From Thermoleophilia bacterium (GTDB lineage: Bacteria > Actinomycetota > Thermoleophilia > Gaiellales > Gaiellaceae): a stretch of 64,000 nucleotides of DNA. This document shows, in pieces, positions 54,552 to 62,832 of the stretch; positions within the stretch are counted from its first letter, which is position 1, and each line of letters begins with the position of its first letter. A model generated the notes under the pieces. The model saw nothing but the letters and a program-made list of their open reading frames with translations. It did not search any database and was not told the origin of the DNA. The stretch lies in NCBI GenBank assembly GCA_014534345.1, contig JACVRR010000001.1, positions 3,507 to 67,506 of the forward strand, in the 5' to 3' direction. A program made the translations under genes and the position numbers.

Positions 54552-55754
54552 GTGCACGCGCCCTTCCAGCTCGTCGCCCGGACGGGGCACCCAGACTTCC
54601 TCGACCTGCCCTGGGAGCTGCCGCTCGAGCGGTGGGACCACGAGCGGCTGGTCGAGCCGGTGCGCGGGATCTCCCGGCACGTCGTCCGTTTCGTCGAGTA
54701 CGACGAGGGCGTCTACGCGCTGAAGGAGCTGCCCTCGCGCCCGGCGCACCGCGAGTACGGGCTCCTGCGGCGGCTGAACGCGGAGGGGATGCCGGCCGTG
54801 CTCGCGGTCGGGGTGGTCGAGCGGCCGGGCGACGACGCCGTCCTGCTCACCAAGCACCTCGACTTCTCCCTCCCGTACCGGGCGCTGTTCGCGCGCCGGC
54901 CGGTCACCGACCTGCGGGAGAACCTCCTCCACGCGCTCGCGGAGCTGCTCGTCCGCCTGCACCTCGCCGGCTTCTTCTGGGGCGACTGCTCGCTCTCGAA
55001 CTCGCTCTTCCGCCGCGACGCGGGCGCGCTCTCGGCCTACCTGGTCGACGCCGAGACGGGGGAGCTGCACGCGAGGCTCACGGGCGGCCAGCGCGAGCAC
55101 GACCTCACGATTGCGGAGGAGAACATCGTCGGCGAGTTGCTCGACGTCGAGGCCGAGCTCGGCGCCCTCCCGGACGACGTCGACCCGGTCGAGACGGCGT
55201 CGGGCGTCGTCGCCTCGTACCGCGGCCTGTGGGCGGAGCTGACCGAGGAGGAGGTGTTCGCGCGCGACGAGGTGTGGAGACTGCACGAGCGCCTGCGCCG
55301 GCTGAACGAGCTCGGCTTCGACGTCGAGGAGATCGAGCTGCTCGGCGCCGGCGGCGAGTACCGGCTCCGTCTGAACCCCCACGTCGTCGAGCCCGGCCAC
55401 CACCGGCGCCGGCTCGAGCGACTGACCGGCCTGTGGACCGAGGAGAACCAGGCGCGCCGCCTGCTCAACGACCTCGCCGGCTTCCGGGCCCAGCTCGAGC
55501 AGGCCGGAGGGCGTGCCGTCGCCGACGAGGTCGCCGCGCGGCGCTGGCGCGAGGAGGTGTTCGAGCCGACGCTCCTGCACGTGCCGCGCGACCTGCGCCG
55601 CAAGCTCGAGCCGGCGGAGCTGTTCCACCAGATCCTCGAGCACCGCTGGTACCTGTCCGAGCGCGAGGGCCGGGACGTCGGGCTCCCGGAGGCCGCCCGC
55701 GCGTACGTCGAGGAGGTGCTCCGCGGCGTGCAAACGGAGAGAATCGTCTTTTAG
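54552..55754 (+). CDS. DUF4032-domain protein with an N-terminal Kdo/WaaP-like lipopolysaccharide-kinase fold
   Basis: GTG at 54552 within ORF 53670..55754. Kinase-like segments are YALKEL and FFWGDCSLSNSLF..YLVDAET. The C-terminal HQILEHRWYLSE is typical of DUF4032. Confidence 0.6.
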   Translation: MHAPFQLVARTGHPDFLDLPWELPLERWDHERLVEPVRGISRHVVRFVEYDEGVYALKELPSRPAHREYGLLRRLNAEGMPAVLAVGVVERPGDDAVLLTKHLDFSLPYRALFARRPVTDLRENLLHALAELLVRLHLAGFFWGDCSLSNSLFRRDAGALSAYLVDAETGELHARLTGGQREHDLTIAEENIVGELLDVEAELGALPDDVDPVETASGVVASYRGLWAELTEEEVFARDEVWRLHERLRRLNELGFDVEEIELLGAGGEYRLRLNPHVVEPGHHRRRLERLTGLWTEENQARRLLNDLAGFRAQLEQAGGRAVADEVAARRWREEVFEPTLLHVPRDLRRKLEPAELFHQILEHRWYLSEREGRDVGLPEAARAYVEEVLRGVQTERIVF

Positions 55755-55770
55755 CGGGGGGCAGCCGAGC

Positions 55771-55792
55771 ACGGGGAAACCAGTTTCCCCGT
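55771..55792 (+). terminator. hairpin ACGGGGAAAC-CA-GTTTCCCCGT 17 nt after the DUF4032 stop
   Basis: A 10-nt inverted repeat is visible, and no U-tract follows. Confidence 0.4.
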
Positions 55793-55875
55793 AAGCGCAC
55801 TACGGACCGGCGCTCGGCGTTGGTGGCGGGCGACGGTCTCGGCGTTCGTTCCAGGTTCGGTCCGGTCGTGGTCCG

Positions 55876-55940
55876 GTGCCAGACACCGTCACGCGACTGT
55901 CACGGATTTGTGACGGAAGCGCGCGGATCGGCCCACAGGT
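55876..55940 (+). promoter_or_regulatory. conserved ~65-nt intergenic element, copy A (hairpin GTCAC-N6-GTGAC followed by GGAAGCGC..ATCG..CCACAG)
   Basis: It aligns colinearly by eye with 60132-60198, with the same spacing and the hairpin arms swapped in a compensatory way. Confidence 0.5.
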
Positions 55941-55994
55941 CGCTGAAACCAAGGGTTTTCGGGCCCGGCACCCGCCGTGGCTCAAACGGACATG

Positions 55995-56017
55995 TCCGGG
56001 TGTCAGACACCCGGACC
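55995..56017 (+). promoter_or_regulatory. perfect 23-bp palindrome GTCCGGGTGTCAGACACCCGGAC, 40 nt upstream of the VOC gene start
   Basis: The palindrome was verified by hand. Its core GGGTGTCAG(G)ACACCC recurs at 60132-60147. Confidence 0.55.
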
Positions 56018-56056
56018 GGTCCCGCCGGGATACGTCCGCGAGTAACACTCTGCAGC

Positions 56057-56506
56057 GTGGCGGACGAACACTCGGGCAAGGCGCGCCTTGTCGGCGTGAA
56101 CCACGTGGCCATCGAGGTGGGCGACGTGGAGGAGGCGCTCGCCTGGTACGGCCGGATCTTCGAGTTCGGCCTGCGCGGGCGCGGGCGATCGATGGCGTTC
56201 ATCGACATGGGCGACCAGTTCATCGCGCTCGCCGCGGGGCGCACGCAGGGGCCCGATCGCCACCGCCACTTCGGTCTGGTCGTCGACGACGCCGTGCGAG
56301 CGCTCGCGGCGGCACGCGAGGCGGGGGCAGACGTGCACGGGAACGACGTGCGCGACCCGTGGGGGAACGTGCTGCAGATCGTCGAGTACCGCGACGTCCA
56401 GTTCACGAAGGCGCCGTCGGTGCTGCGCGGGATGGGGCTCGACGCGCTGGAGAAGTCCGACGAAGCGCTCGCCGAGCTCCGCGGCAAAGGCCTTGCTCCG
56501 GAGTAG
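56057..56506 (+). CDS. VOC/glyoxalase-family protein
   Basis: GTG at 56057 in the frame of ORF 54632..56506. The segments LVGVNHVAIEVGDVEEALAWY and HFGLVVDD are typical of the glyoxalase fold. Confidence 0.7.
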   Translation: MADEHSGKARLVGVNHVAIEVGDVEEALAWYGRIFEFGLRGRGRSMAFIDMGDQFIALAAGRTQGPDRHRHFGLVVDDAVRALAAAREAGADVHGNDVRDPWGNVLQIVEYRDVQFTKAPSVLRGMGLDALEKSDEALAELRGKGLAPE

Positions 56507-56703
56507 GACCGCGACGGAATTCGGCGAGCTCCCTCGGCTCGCTGCGACAGGACCCCGCGTGTCCCCCATCCTCAGGCGGACGAACGTCGCTGCGCTCGAC
56601 AGCCGGCTCGTCCGCCGAGCCCGTCCACGCGGCTCGCCGCATGTCACCCGCGAGCCTGCGCGGGCCCGGACGAACGCGGGTCGGCCGGCGTATGATCGGC
56701 GCG

Positions 56704-57097
56704 ATGACGCTCGACGAGCTCGCCGACTGGCTCGACGCGTACCGGCGCGCGTGGGAGGCGCGCGACGCCGACGCGGCGGCGGAGCTCTTCACGGAGGAGG
56801 CGCGCTACGCGTGGGGGCCGTTCGACCCGCCGCTGGAGGGGCGCGAGGCGATCCGGCGGGCGTTCGCCGAGGCGACCGGCGGTCAGCAGGACGTCCGCTT
56901 CGGCTCGGAGCCGCTCGCGGTGACGCCCGACGGCCGGCGTCGCCCGCTGGTGGGTGACGTTCCAGACGCCGGACGGCGCCGCCGAGATCAACCTCGAGGG
57001 GATCTTCCTCGTCACGCTCGACGACGGGCGCTGCGGCGAGTTCCGCGAGTGGTGGAACGAGCGGGTCAGCGCGGAGGAACCCGCGACCGCGCAGTAA
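56704..57097 (+). pseudogene. SnoaL/NTF2-like protein gene with a +1 frameshift near 56930-56940
   Basis: The N-terminal part (MTLDELADWLDAYRRAWEARDADAAAELFTEEARY...) is in the frame of ORF 55876..57420. The C-terminal part (ARWWVTFQTPDGAAEINLEGIFLVTLDDGRCGEFREWWNER) is in the +1 frame and ends at the TAA at 57095-57097. The length of 394 nt is not a multiple of 3. Confidence 0.6.
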
Positions 57098-57221
57098 GCC
57101 CCTCCGACCCGCACGGGAAACCATCGTTCGCCCGCGCCTTCGGTCGCGCGCGAATCCCGTACGTCGCCGGATCCATGACTGTGGGGCGTGCGTACTGCTG
57201 GTTCGGCCCGCTGCTCCGCGG

Positions 57222-58229
57222 CTACGACGCCCGCCGGCGCCACCAGCCGCTGCGCGTGGTCGCCGGCTGCTCGCCGAGCGCGCGGGCGCCCGCGAGGACG
57301 TCCTCGCGCTCCAGCCGCAGCAGCTCGTCGCGCTCGAGCTCCTCGAGGCGGCGGCCGGCCAGCCCGGCCAGCCGCAGCGCCTGCGCGTTCAGCGCCTGCT
57401 CGAAGATCGTCCGCGCGTAGCGTGCGTTCCCGAACCCCTCGCCGCGCCGCGCACCGTCGAAGACGCCGGCGAGGGCGTGCTCGGCCTCCTCGCTCAGCGC
57501 GTACTCGTGGTCGGCGGCGAACTTGCGCGTGATCGCAAGCAGATCGGCGGTCGAGTAGTCGGGGAAGACGATCTCGCGCGAGAAGCGCGAGCGCAGCCCC
57601 GGGTTCGAGTCGAGGAAGCGGTTCATCAGCCGCGGGTACCCCGCGACGATCACGACCAGCCGCTCGCGGTAGTCCTCCATTCGCTTGAGCAGCACCTCCA
57701 CGGCCTCGTGGCCGAAGTCTCGGCCGGGCTCGTCGGGCGCGAGCGCGTACGCCTCGTCGATGAACAGCACGCCGTCGAGCGCACGCCGCACGGCGCGCTC
57801 CGTCTTCAGGGCCGTGCTGCCGACGAACTCGCCGACCAGGCCGGCGCGGTCGACCTCGACCAGGTGACCGCGGCGGAGCAGGCCGATCGAGCGGTACATC
57901 TCGGCCAGCAGGCGCGCGACGGTCGTCTTCCCCGTCCCGGGGTTGCCGAGGAAGACGAGGTGCTGGCTGGTCGCCACCTCCGGCAGGCCGTGCTCCTTGC
58001 GCCGCCCCTGCACCTGGAGGAAGGCGACGAGCGCGCGCACCTGCTCCTTGACCGTCTCCAGGCCGACGAGCGCGTCGAGCTCGGCCTGGAGCTCGGCGAG
58101 CGGCCGGGGGGGCTCCGGGCGGCCGACCACGCCGCCGAGGCGCTCCTCGACCTCGGCGCCGGCGACGCGCCGCAACCCCTGGCCGACGACACGCAGGCCC
58201 TGGAGAACGTCGTCGAGCGGCGTCGGCAC
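57222..58229 (-). CDS. CbbX/SpoVK/EccA-type AAA+ ATPase
   Basis: The Walker A is GNPGTGKTTVAR and the Walker B is VLFIDEAYAL. The segment RSRF...FPDY is typical of the CbbX family. Confidence 0.85.
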   Translation of the reverse strand: MPTPLDDVLQGLRVVGQGLRRVAGAEVEERLGGVVGRPEPPRPLAELQAELDALVGLETVKEQVRALVAFLQVQGRRKEHGLPEVATSQHLVFLGNPGTGKTTVARLLAEMYRSIGLLRRGHLVEVDRAGLVGEFVGSTALKTERAVRRALDGVLFIDEAYALAPDEPGRDFGHEAVEVLLKRMEDYRERLVVIVAGYPRLMNRFLDSNPGLRSRFSREIVFPDYSTADLLAITRKFAADHEYALSEEAEHALAGVFDGARRGEGFGNARYARTIFEQALNAQALRLAGLAGRRLEELERDELLRLEREDVLAGARALGEQPATTRSGWWRRRAS

Positions 58230-58279
58230 GCTCGAACCCTACCCGGCCGGTCCGCCCGCACAACCACCCCGCCCGGTAC

Positions 58280-58317
58280 AATCGTTTAAGTGATGAACGT
58301 TCATCTCGTTAACGATT
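58280..58317 (+). promoter_or_regulatory. nested AT-rich palindrome (perfect 14-bp core GATGAACGTTCATC at 58292-58305, outer arms AATCGTT..AACGATT) overlapping the MarR start codon; putative MarR auto-operator
   Basis: The palindrome was verified by hand. It forms a locally AT-rich island. Confidence 0.55.
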
Positions 58318-58742
58318 CGCTTACGGTTGCGAACCGGATCCGGCCGGTGCTGCTGAAGCTCAACCGCGAGCTGCGGCGCGAGGTGCACTCGCTCGGCGTG
58401 AGCGGCTACCAGGTCTCCCTGCTGGTGGCGATCAAGCAGGCGCCCGGAATCGGCGTCCGCGCGCTGGCCGCGCAGGAGCGCCTCTCCCCCGGCGGGATCT
58501 CCCAGGCGGTCGCGCGGCTCGAGCGAGCCGGGCTGGTGCGGCGGACGCCGGATGCGAGCGATCGCCGGCGGCACGGGCTGACGCTCACCCGCGCGGGGGA
58601 GGGCGTCCTGCGGTCGGTGAAGCGCCGGCGGACGGCCTGGCTCGCCGGCAGGCTGGATCAGCTGACGCGCGACGAGCGCGCGGCGATCGACGCCGCGGTC
58701 GAGCCGCTCGCCAGGCTGCTCGGCGAGGAGGCCTCGCCGTGA
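58290..58742 (+). CDS. MarR-family transcriptional regulator
   Basis: The wHTH is GVRALAAQERLSPGGISQAVARLERAGLVRRTPDASDRR. Confidence 0.85.
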   Translation: MMNVHLVNDSLTVANRIRPVLLKLNRELRREVHSLGVSGYQVSLLVAIKQAPGIGVRALAAQERLSPGGISQAVARLERAGLVRRTPDASDRRRHGLTLTRAGEGVLRSVKRRRTAWLAGRLDQLTRDERAAIDAAVEPLARLLGEEASP

Positions 58743-58824
58743 GCACCCTCTGGGTCAGGGTTGGCCGGATGCGCGCCTGCGCCTTTCCGCACTTGCACCG
58801 CCGTCGCTGCGCGGAGGTTGCCCT

Positions 58825-60078
58825 ATGAGCAGGGCCGTGCTCGCGCTGAGCGCGCGAACGTTCGCCAGCCTGCGCAAGCACCGCAACTACCGGCTGTTCT
58901 TCCTCGGCCAGGTCGTGTCGCTGACCGGGACGTGGATGCAGAACGTCGCGCTGGCGTGGTTCGTCGTCGAGCTGACCCGCTCGCCCGTCGCCGTCGGCGT
59001 GCTCGCCTTCTTCCGCTTCGTCCCGTTCACCGTGTTCGGCCTCTTCGCGGGCGTGCTCGCGGACCGGTTCGACAACCGGCGGCTGCTGATCGCGACGCAG
59101 GGCGCCGCGATGGGACTGTCGGCGGTGCTCGCCGCGCTCGCGCTCACCGGGGCCGCGCGGCTGTGGCACGTCTACGTGCTCGCGGCGCTGCTCGGCAGCA
59201 CGCTCGTCTTCGACGCTCCGGGCCGCCACACGCTGACGTTCCGCATGGTCGGGCGGGACGAGCTCCCGAACGCGGTCGCGCTGAACGCCAGCCTGTTCAA
59301 CGCCTCCCGGATCGTCGGCCCCTCGGTGGCGGGCGTCCTGGTCGCCGTCGCGGGCGTCGGCGTCGCGTTCGCGATCAACGCCGTCAGCTTCCTCGCCGTG
59401 CTGACCGCCCTGCTCCTGATGCGCGAGGAGGAGCTGTTCCCTGTCGAGCGCGCGGAGCGGCCGCCGACCCTCGTCCGCGGGGTCGGCGAGGCGTGGCGCT
59501 ACGTCCGGCGCTCGCGGCGGCTCCAGCTCGTTCTCGGCGTCACCCTCGTCGTCAGCACGGTCGGGGTGAACTTCCACGTGCTCGTTCCGGTACTCGCGGC
59601 GCAGACGCTGCGCGGTGGGTCGGTCGCCTTCGGCTTCTTGTCGGCCAGCTTCGGGGCCGGCGCGCTCGCCGGCGCGCTCCTGTCGGCCTCGCTGGCACGC
59701 GCGAGCCTGAAGGCGATGCTCGCGGGAACGGGCGGGTTCGGGGTGTCGCTGCTCCTGCTCGCTCCGCAGAGCGCGTTCGCGCCCGCAGCAGCGCTGCTGT
59801 TCCTCTGCGGCATCTGCTTCACGCTCTGGAACGCGAACGGCCAGTCGGTGCTGCAGCTGGCGGCGCCCGATCACCTGCGCGGACGGGTGCTGAGCTTCTA
59901 TCTCTTCGCCTTCGCGGGAACGGCGCCGATCGGCGGCCTGCTGGCCGGCTGGCTCTCGGAGATCGGGGGCACGCAGCTCGCGTTCGCCGTCGCCGGCGGC
60001 TGCGCGCTCGCCATGACCCTGATCGCGCTCGCGACGCATCCCTCGCAGGCGCGGTTGCCGCTGCGCACGCGAGCCTGA
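58825..60078 (+). CDS. MFS transporter (MFS_3 / EntS-like family)
   Basis: It has 12 predicted TM segments and the N-terminus FRLFFLGQVVSLTGTWMQNVALAW, typical of this family. Confidence 0.8.
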   Translation: MSRAVLALSARTFASLRKHRNYRLFFLGQVVSLTGTWMQNVALAWFVVELTRSPVAVGVLAFFRFVPFTVFGLFAGVLADRFDNRRLLIATQGAAMGLSAVLAALALTGAARLWHVYVLAALLGSTLVFDAPGRHTLTFRMVGRDELPNAVALNASLFNASRIVGPSVAGVLVAVAGVGVAFAINAVSFLAVLTALLLMREEELFPVERAERPPTLVRGVGEAWRYVRRSRRLQLVLGVTLVVSTVGVNFHVLVPVLAAQTLRGGSVAFGFLSASFGAGALAGALLSASLARASLKAMLAGTGGFGVSLLLLAPQSAFAPAAALLFLCGICFTLWNANGQSVLQLAAPDHLRGRVLSFYLFAFAGTAPIGGLLAGWLSEIGGTQLAFAVAGGCALAMTLIALATHPSQARLPLRTRA

Positions 60079-60131
60079 CCGGCCGAGCGGGAACCCCGGT
60101 ACCTGGGGACGCGTCTCTCGCAGCGATGACC

Positions 60132-60198
60132 GGGTGTCAGGACACCCATGAGGAACCGTGACCGAAGGGTCACGGAAGTGCAGGCATCGATCCACAGA
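60132..60198 (+). promoter_or_regulatory. conserved ~65-nt intergenic element, copy B (GGGTGTCAGGACACCC palindrome, hairpin CCGTGACC-GAAG-GGTCACGG, then GGAAGTGC..ATCG..CCACAG)
   Basis: It aligns with 55876-55940 and lies in the 288-bp region upstream of the Rieske oxygenase gene. Confidence 0.5.
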
Positions 60199-60366
60199 GG
60201 GCGGAATCGAGCCGGTCGCCCGCCGTCGTCGTGCCCGGCTGCGCCGGACTCGTCCCGCGGGGACGGCGGCGCGCGCGGCAGACCGGGTTTCCGCGAGCGG
60301 ACGCCCCGGCGGGCGGGCGCTCCTCGCGCGACGCCGTCGCCGAAGCCGCGACTAGAGTCGGTCGCG

Positions 60367-61404
60367 ATGCGCTCGCTCCCCTGGAGCTGGTACACGGACC
60401 CGGAGGTCGAGCGGCTCGAGCGGGAGCACGTCTTCCGGCGCGCGTGGCAGTACGTCGGCCGCGCCGAGGCGGTCGCGGATCCGGGGAGCTACCTGGCGAC
60501 CGACGCCGGCGGCGTCCCGGTCGTGATCACGCGTGACGAGGAGGGCGCGCTCCGCGCGTTCGTGAACGTCTGCCGCCATCGCGGGTCGGTGCTCGTGGCC
60601 GACGGCGCGGGCCGACGTGAGACGCTGCAGTGCCGCTACCACGCGTGGACGTACCGCCTCGACGGGACGCTCCGCTCCGCTCCCCGCGCCGAGGAGCTCG
60701 AGACCGCCGGCCTGACGCTCGTGCCCGCCACGGCGGCCCTCTGGGGTCCGCTCCTCTTCGTCAACCCCGCCGCAGACGCGCCGCCGCTCGCCGACACCCT
60801 GGGCGACGTCCCGCAGCGCCTCGCGGACGCGGGCGTCGACCTCGCCCGGCTCCGGTTCCACGGGCGAGTCGAGTACGAGCTCGCCGCCAACTGGAAGGTC
60901 GCGTGCGAGAACTACCTCGAGTGCTACCACTGCCCGACGGCGCACCCCGGCTTCAGTGCGCTCGTCGACGTCCGCCGGGAGGCGTACCGCCTCGAGGCGG
61001 ACGGATGCGTCGCGAGCCAGCTCGGGCCGCTCCGGGCGCCGGCCAAGACCGGCCGAGTGGCCGCGGGACACTTCCACTTCGTCTGGCCGAACCTGAAGCT
61101 CAACGTCTACCCCGGGCACCCGAACCTCTCGGTCGGGCCCGTCCTCCCCGCAGGCCCCGAGCGCTGCCGCGGGTTCCTCGACTACTTCTTCGACCCCGAC
61201 GCCGACGACGCCTGGGTCGCCGAGCTGCTCGAGCTCGACGACCGGGTCGGTCACGAGGACCGGGAGCTCGTCGAGGGCGTCCAGCGCGGCGTCCGGGCGG
61301 GAGCCGTCCCCGACGGCCCGCTCCTCCCCGAGAGCGAGCGGCTGATCGTCTGGTTCCAGGAGCGCGTCGCCGACGCCCTCGGGAGCCGCTTTACGTCGAG
61401 CTAA
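60367..61404 (+). CDS. Rieske [2Fe-2S] non-heme iron oxygenase alpha subunit-like protein
   Basis: ATG at 60367 within ORF 60148..61404. The Rieske motif is CRHRG...CRYHAW and the mononuclear iron motif is ENYLECYHCPTAH. Confidence 0.85.
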   Translation: MRSLPWSWYTDPEVERLEREHVFRRAWQYVGRAEAVADPGSYLATDAGGVPVVITRDEEGALRAFVNVCRHRGSVLVADGAGRRETLQCRYHAWTYRLDGTLRSAPRAEELETAGLTLVPATAALWGPLLFVNPAADAPPLADTLGDVPQRLADAGVDLARLRFHGRVEYELAANWKVACENYLECYHCPTAHPGFSALVDVRREAYRLEADGCVASQLGPLRAPAKTGRVAAGHFHFVWPNLKLNVYPGHPNLSVGPVLPAGPERCRGFLDYFFDPDADDAWVAELLELDDRVGHEDRELVEGVQRGVRAGAVPDGPLLPESERLIVWFQERVADALGSRFTSS

Positions 61405-61419
61405 TCCCCGTCGGCGACA

Positions 61420-62121
61420 ATGCGCGGGATGCGGACGGCCCGCCTGCTCGTGCTCGCCGTGCTTGCGCTGCTCGCGATCGCGGTCGGCGCGCATGCGGCC
61501 GCCGGTCCGCCGCGGCCGCTCGCGAACCTCCTCCTCAGCCCGGGGCTCGCGCGCGCGGAGCTCGTCCTCGCTCCCCAGGGGGAGCCGCAGCTGCTGCGCA
61601 TCGACCGCGGGGTGATTCGCTCGCTGACGGCGCGCTCGCTCGTCCTGCTGCAGCGGGACGGCACGACGACGACCGTGCCGATCGCGGCCGGAGCGTCCGT
61701 GACCGGCCGGCCGCGCGGGGTTCGCCGTCTCCGCCGCGGGATGCAGGTCGCGACGCTGCGCGAAGGGAGCGCGCCCGCCCACCGGGTCGCCGTCCTCGGC
61801 GGCCGGACGCTGCCGCGCCCGCTGCTCAGAGGCGCGCTCGGCCCCGCGCTCGCCCGCGCCGACGTCGTCGTCGCCGACGCGACGGCCGTCCGCCTCTTCC
61901 GCGTCGACCGCGGCCGGGTGGTCGCCGTCGCTCCCGACTCGCTGACGCTGCTCGAGCGCGACGGCGTCACGGCGACGATCCGGCTGGCGCCCGACGTGAT
62001 GGTCACCGGCCCGGGCCGCGGACGCCGCCGCAGCGCGCCGTCCTTCCGGCGAGGCATGCTGGTGGAGACGGTCCGCGACGGCGACGCGCCCGCCGCGCGG
62101 GTGCACGTCCTGAGGCCATGA
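61420..62121 (+). CDS. secreted protein with two tandem ~85-aa repeats, unknown function
   Basis: It has a signal peptide ending AVGAHAAAG. Repeat 1 is (ARAELVL...RIDRGVIRSL..LVLLQRDGTTTTVPI...RRGMQVATLREG..PAHRVAVL). Repeat 2 is (ARADVVV...RVDRGRVVAV..LTLLERDGVTATIRL...RRGMLVETVRDG..PAARVHVL). Confidence 0.6.
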   Translation: MRGMRTARLLVLAVLALLAIAVGAHAAAGPPRPLANLLLSPGLARAELVLAPQGEPQLLRIDRGVIRSLTARSLVLLQRDGTTTTVPIAAGASVTGRPRGVRRLRRGMQVATLREGSAPAHRVAVLGGRTLPRPLLRGALGPALARADVVVADATAVRLFRVDRGRVVAVAPDSLTLLERDGVTATIRLAPDVMVTGPGRGRRRSAPSFRRGMLVETVRDGDAPAARVHVLRP

Positions 62122-62831
62122 CCAGCTCCGCGTCCGCCCGCCTCGAGCCCCCGGCGCCCGCGCGCGGGCCGCTCGTCCTCCTCGTCGAGGACGAGACGAG
62201 CATCGGCTCCCTGCTGCGCGGCTACCTCGAGCGCGACGGCTACCGGCTCGCCTGGGTGCGCTCGGGCGAGGAGGCGTTGCTCGAGCTCGGCCGCCGGGCC
62301 CCGCAGCTGGTCGTGCTCGACGTCGGCCTCCCGGGCATGGACGGGTTCGAAGTCTGCCGCCGGATCCGCGCGCGCTCGAGCGTGCCGATCGTGATGCTGA
62401 CCGCGCGAGACGAGGAGCCGGACCGGGTCGCGGGCCTCGAGCTCGGCGCCGACGACTACGTCACGAAGCCCTTCTCCCCCCGCGAGCTGGCGGCGCGGAT
62501 CAAGGCGGTCCTCCGCCGCGTCGACAGCGGCGACCCGCGCGACGAGCTGACGGTGGGCGACGTCGTCCTGCGGAAGAGCGCGCGCGAGGTCACCGTCGCC
62601 GGGAAGCCGGTCGGGTTGACGGGGAAGGAGTTCGACCTGCTGGCGTTCCTGCTCGAGCACCCGGGGATCGTGTTCTCGCGCGAGCAGCTGCTCGACCGTG
62701 TCTGGGGCCTGGCCTATCCCGGCGGAACGCGAACGGTCGACGTCCACGTCGCGCAGATGCGGCGGAAGCTCGCGCGTCCGGACCTCGTGCAGACGGTACG
62801 CGGCGCGGGCTACAAGGCCGCCCGTAACTGA
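62118..62831 (+). CDS. OmpR/PhoB-type response regulator
   Basis: ATG at 62118 (4-nt overlap with the upstream gene). The REC segment is LVVLDVGLPGMDG and the winged helix is TRTVDVHVAQMRRKL...VRGAGYK. Confidence 0.9.
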   Translation: MTSSASARLEPPAPARGPLVLLVEDETSIGSLLRGYLERDGYRLAWVRSGEEALLELGRRAPQLVVLDVGLPGMDGFEVCRRIRARSSVPIVMLTARDEEPDRVAGLELGADDYVTKPFSPRELAARIKAVLRRVDSGDPRDELTVGDVVLRKSAREVTVAGKPVGLTGKEFDLLAFLLEHPGIVFSREQLLDRVWGLAYPGGTRTVDVHVAQMRRKLARPDLVQTVRGAGYKAARN

Positions 62832-62832
62832 C

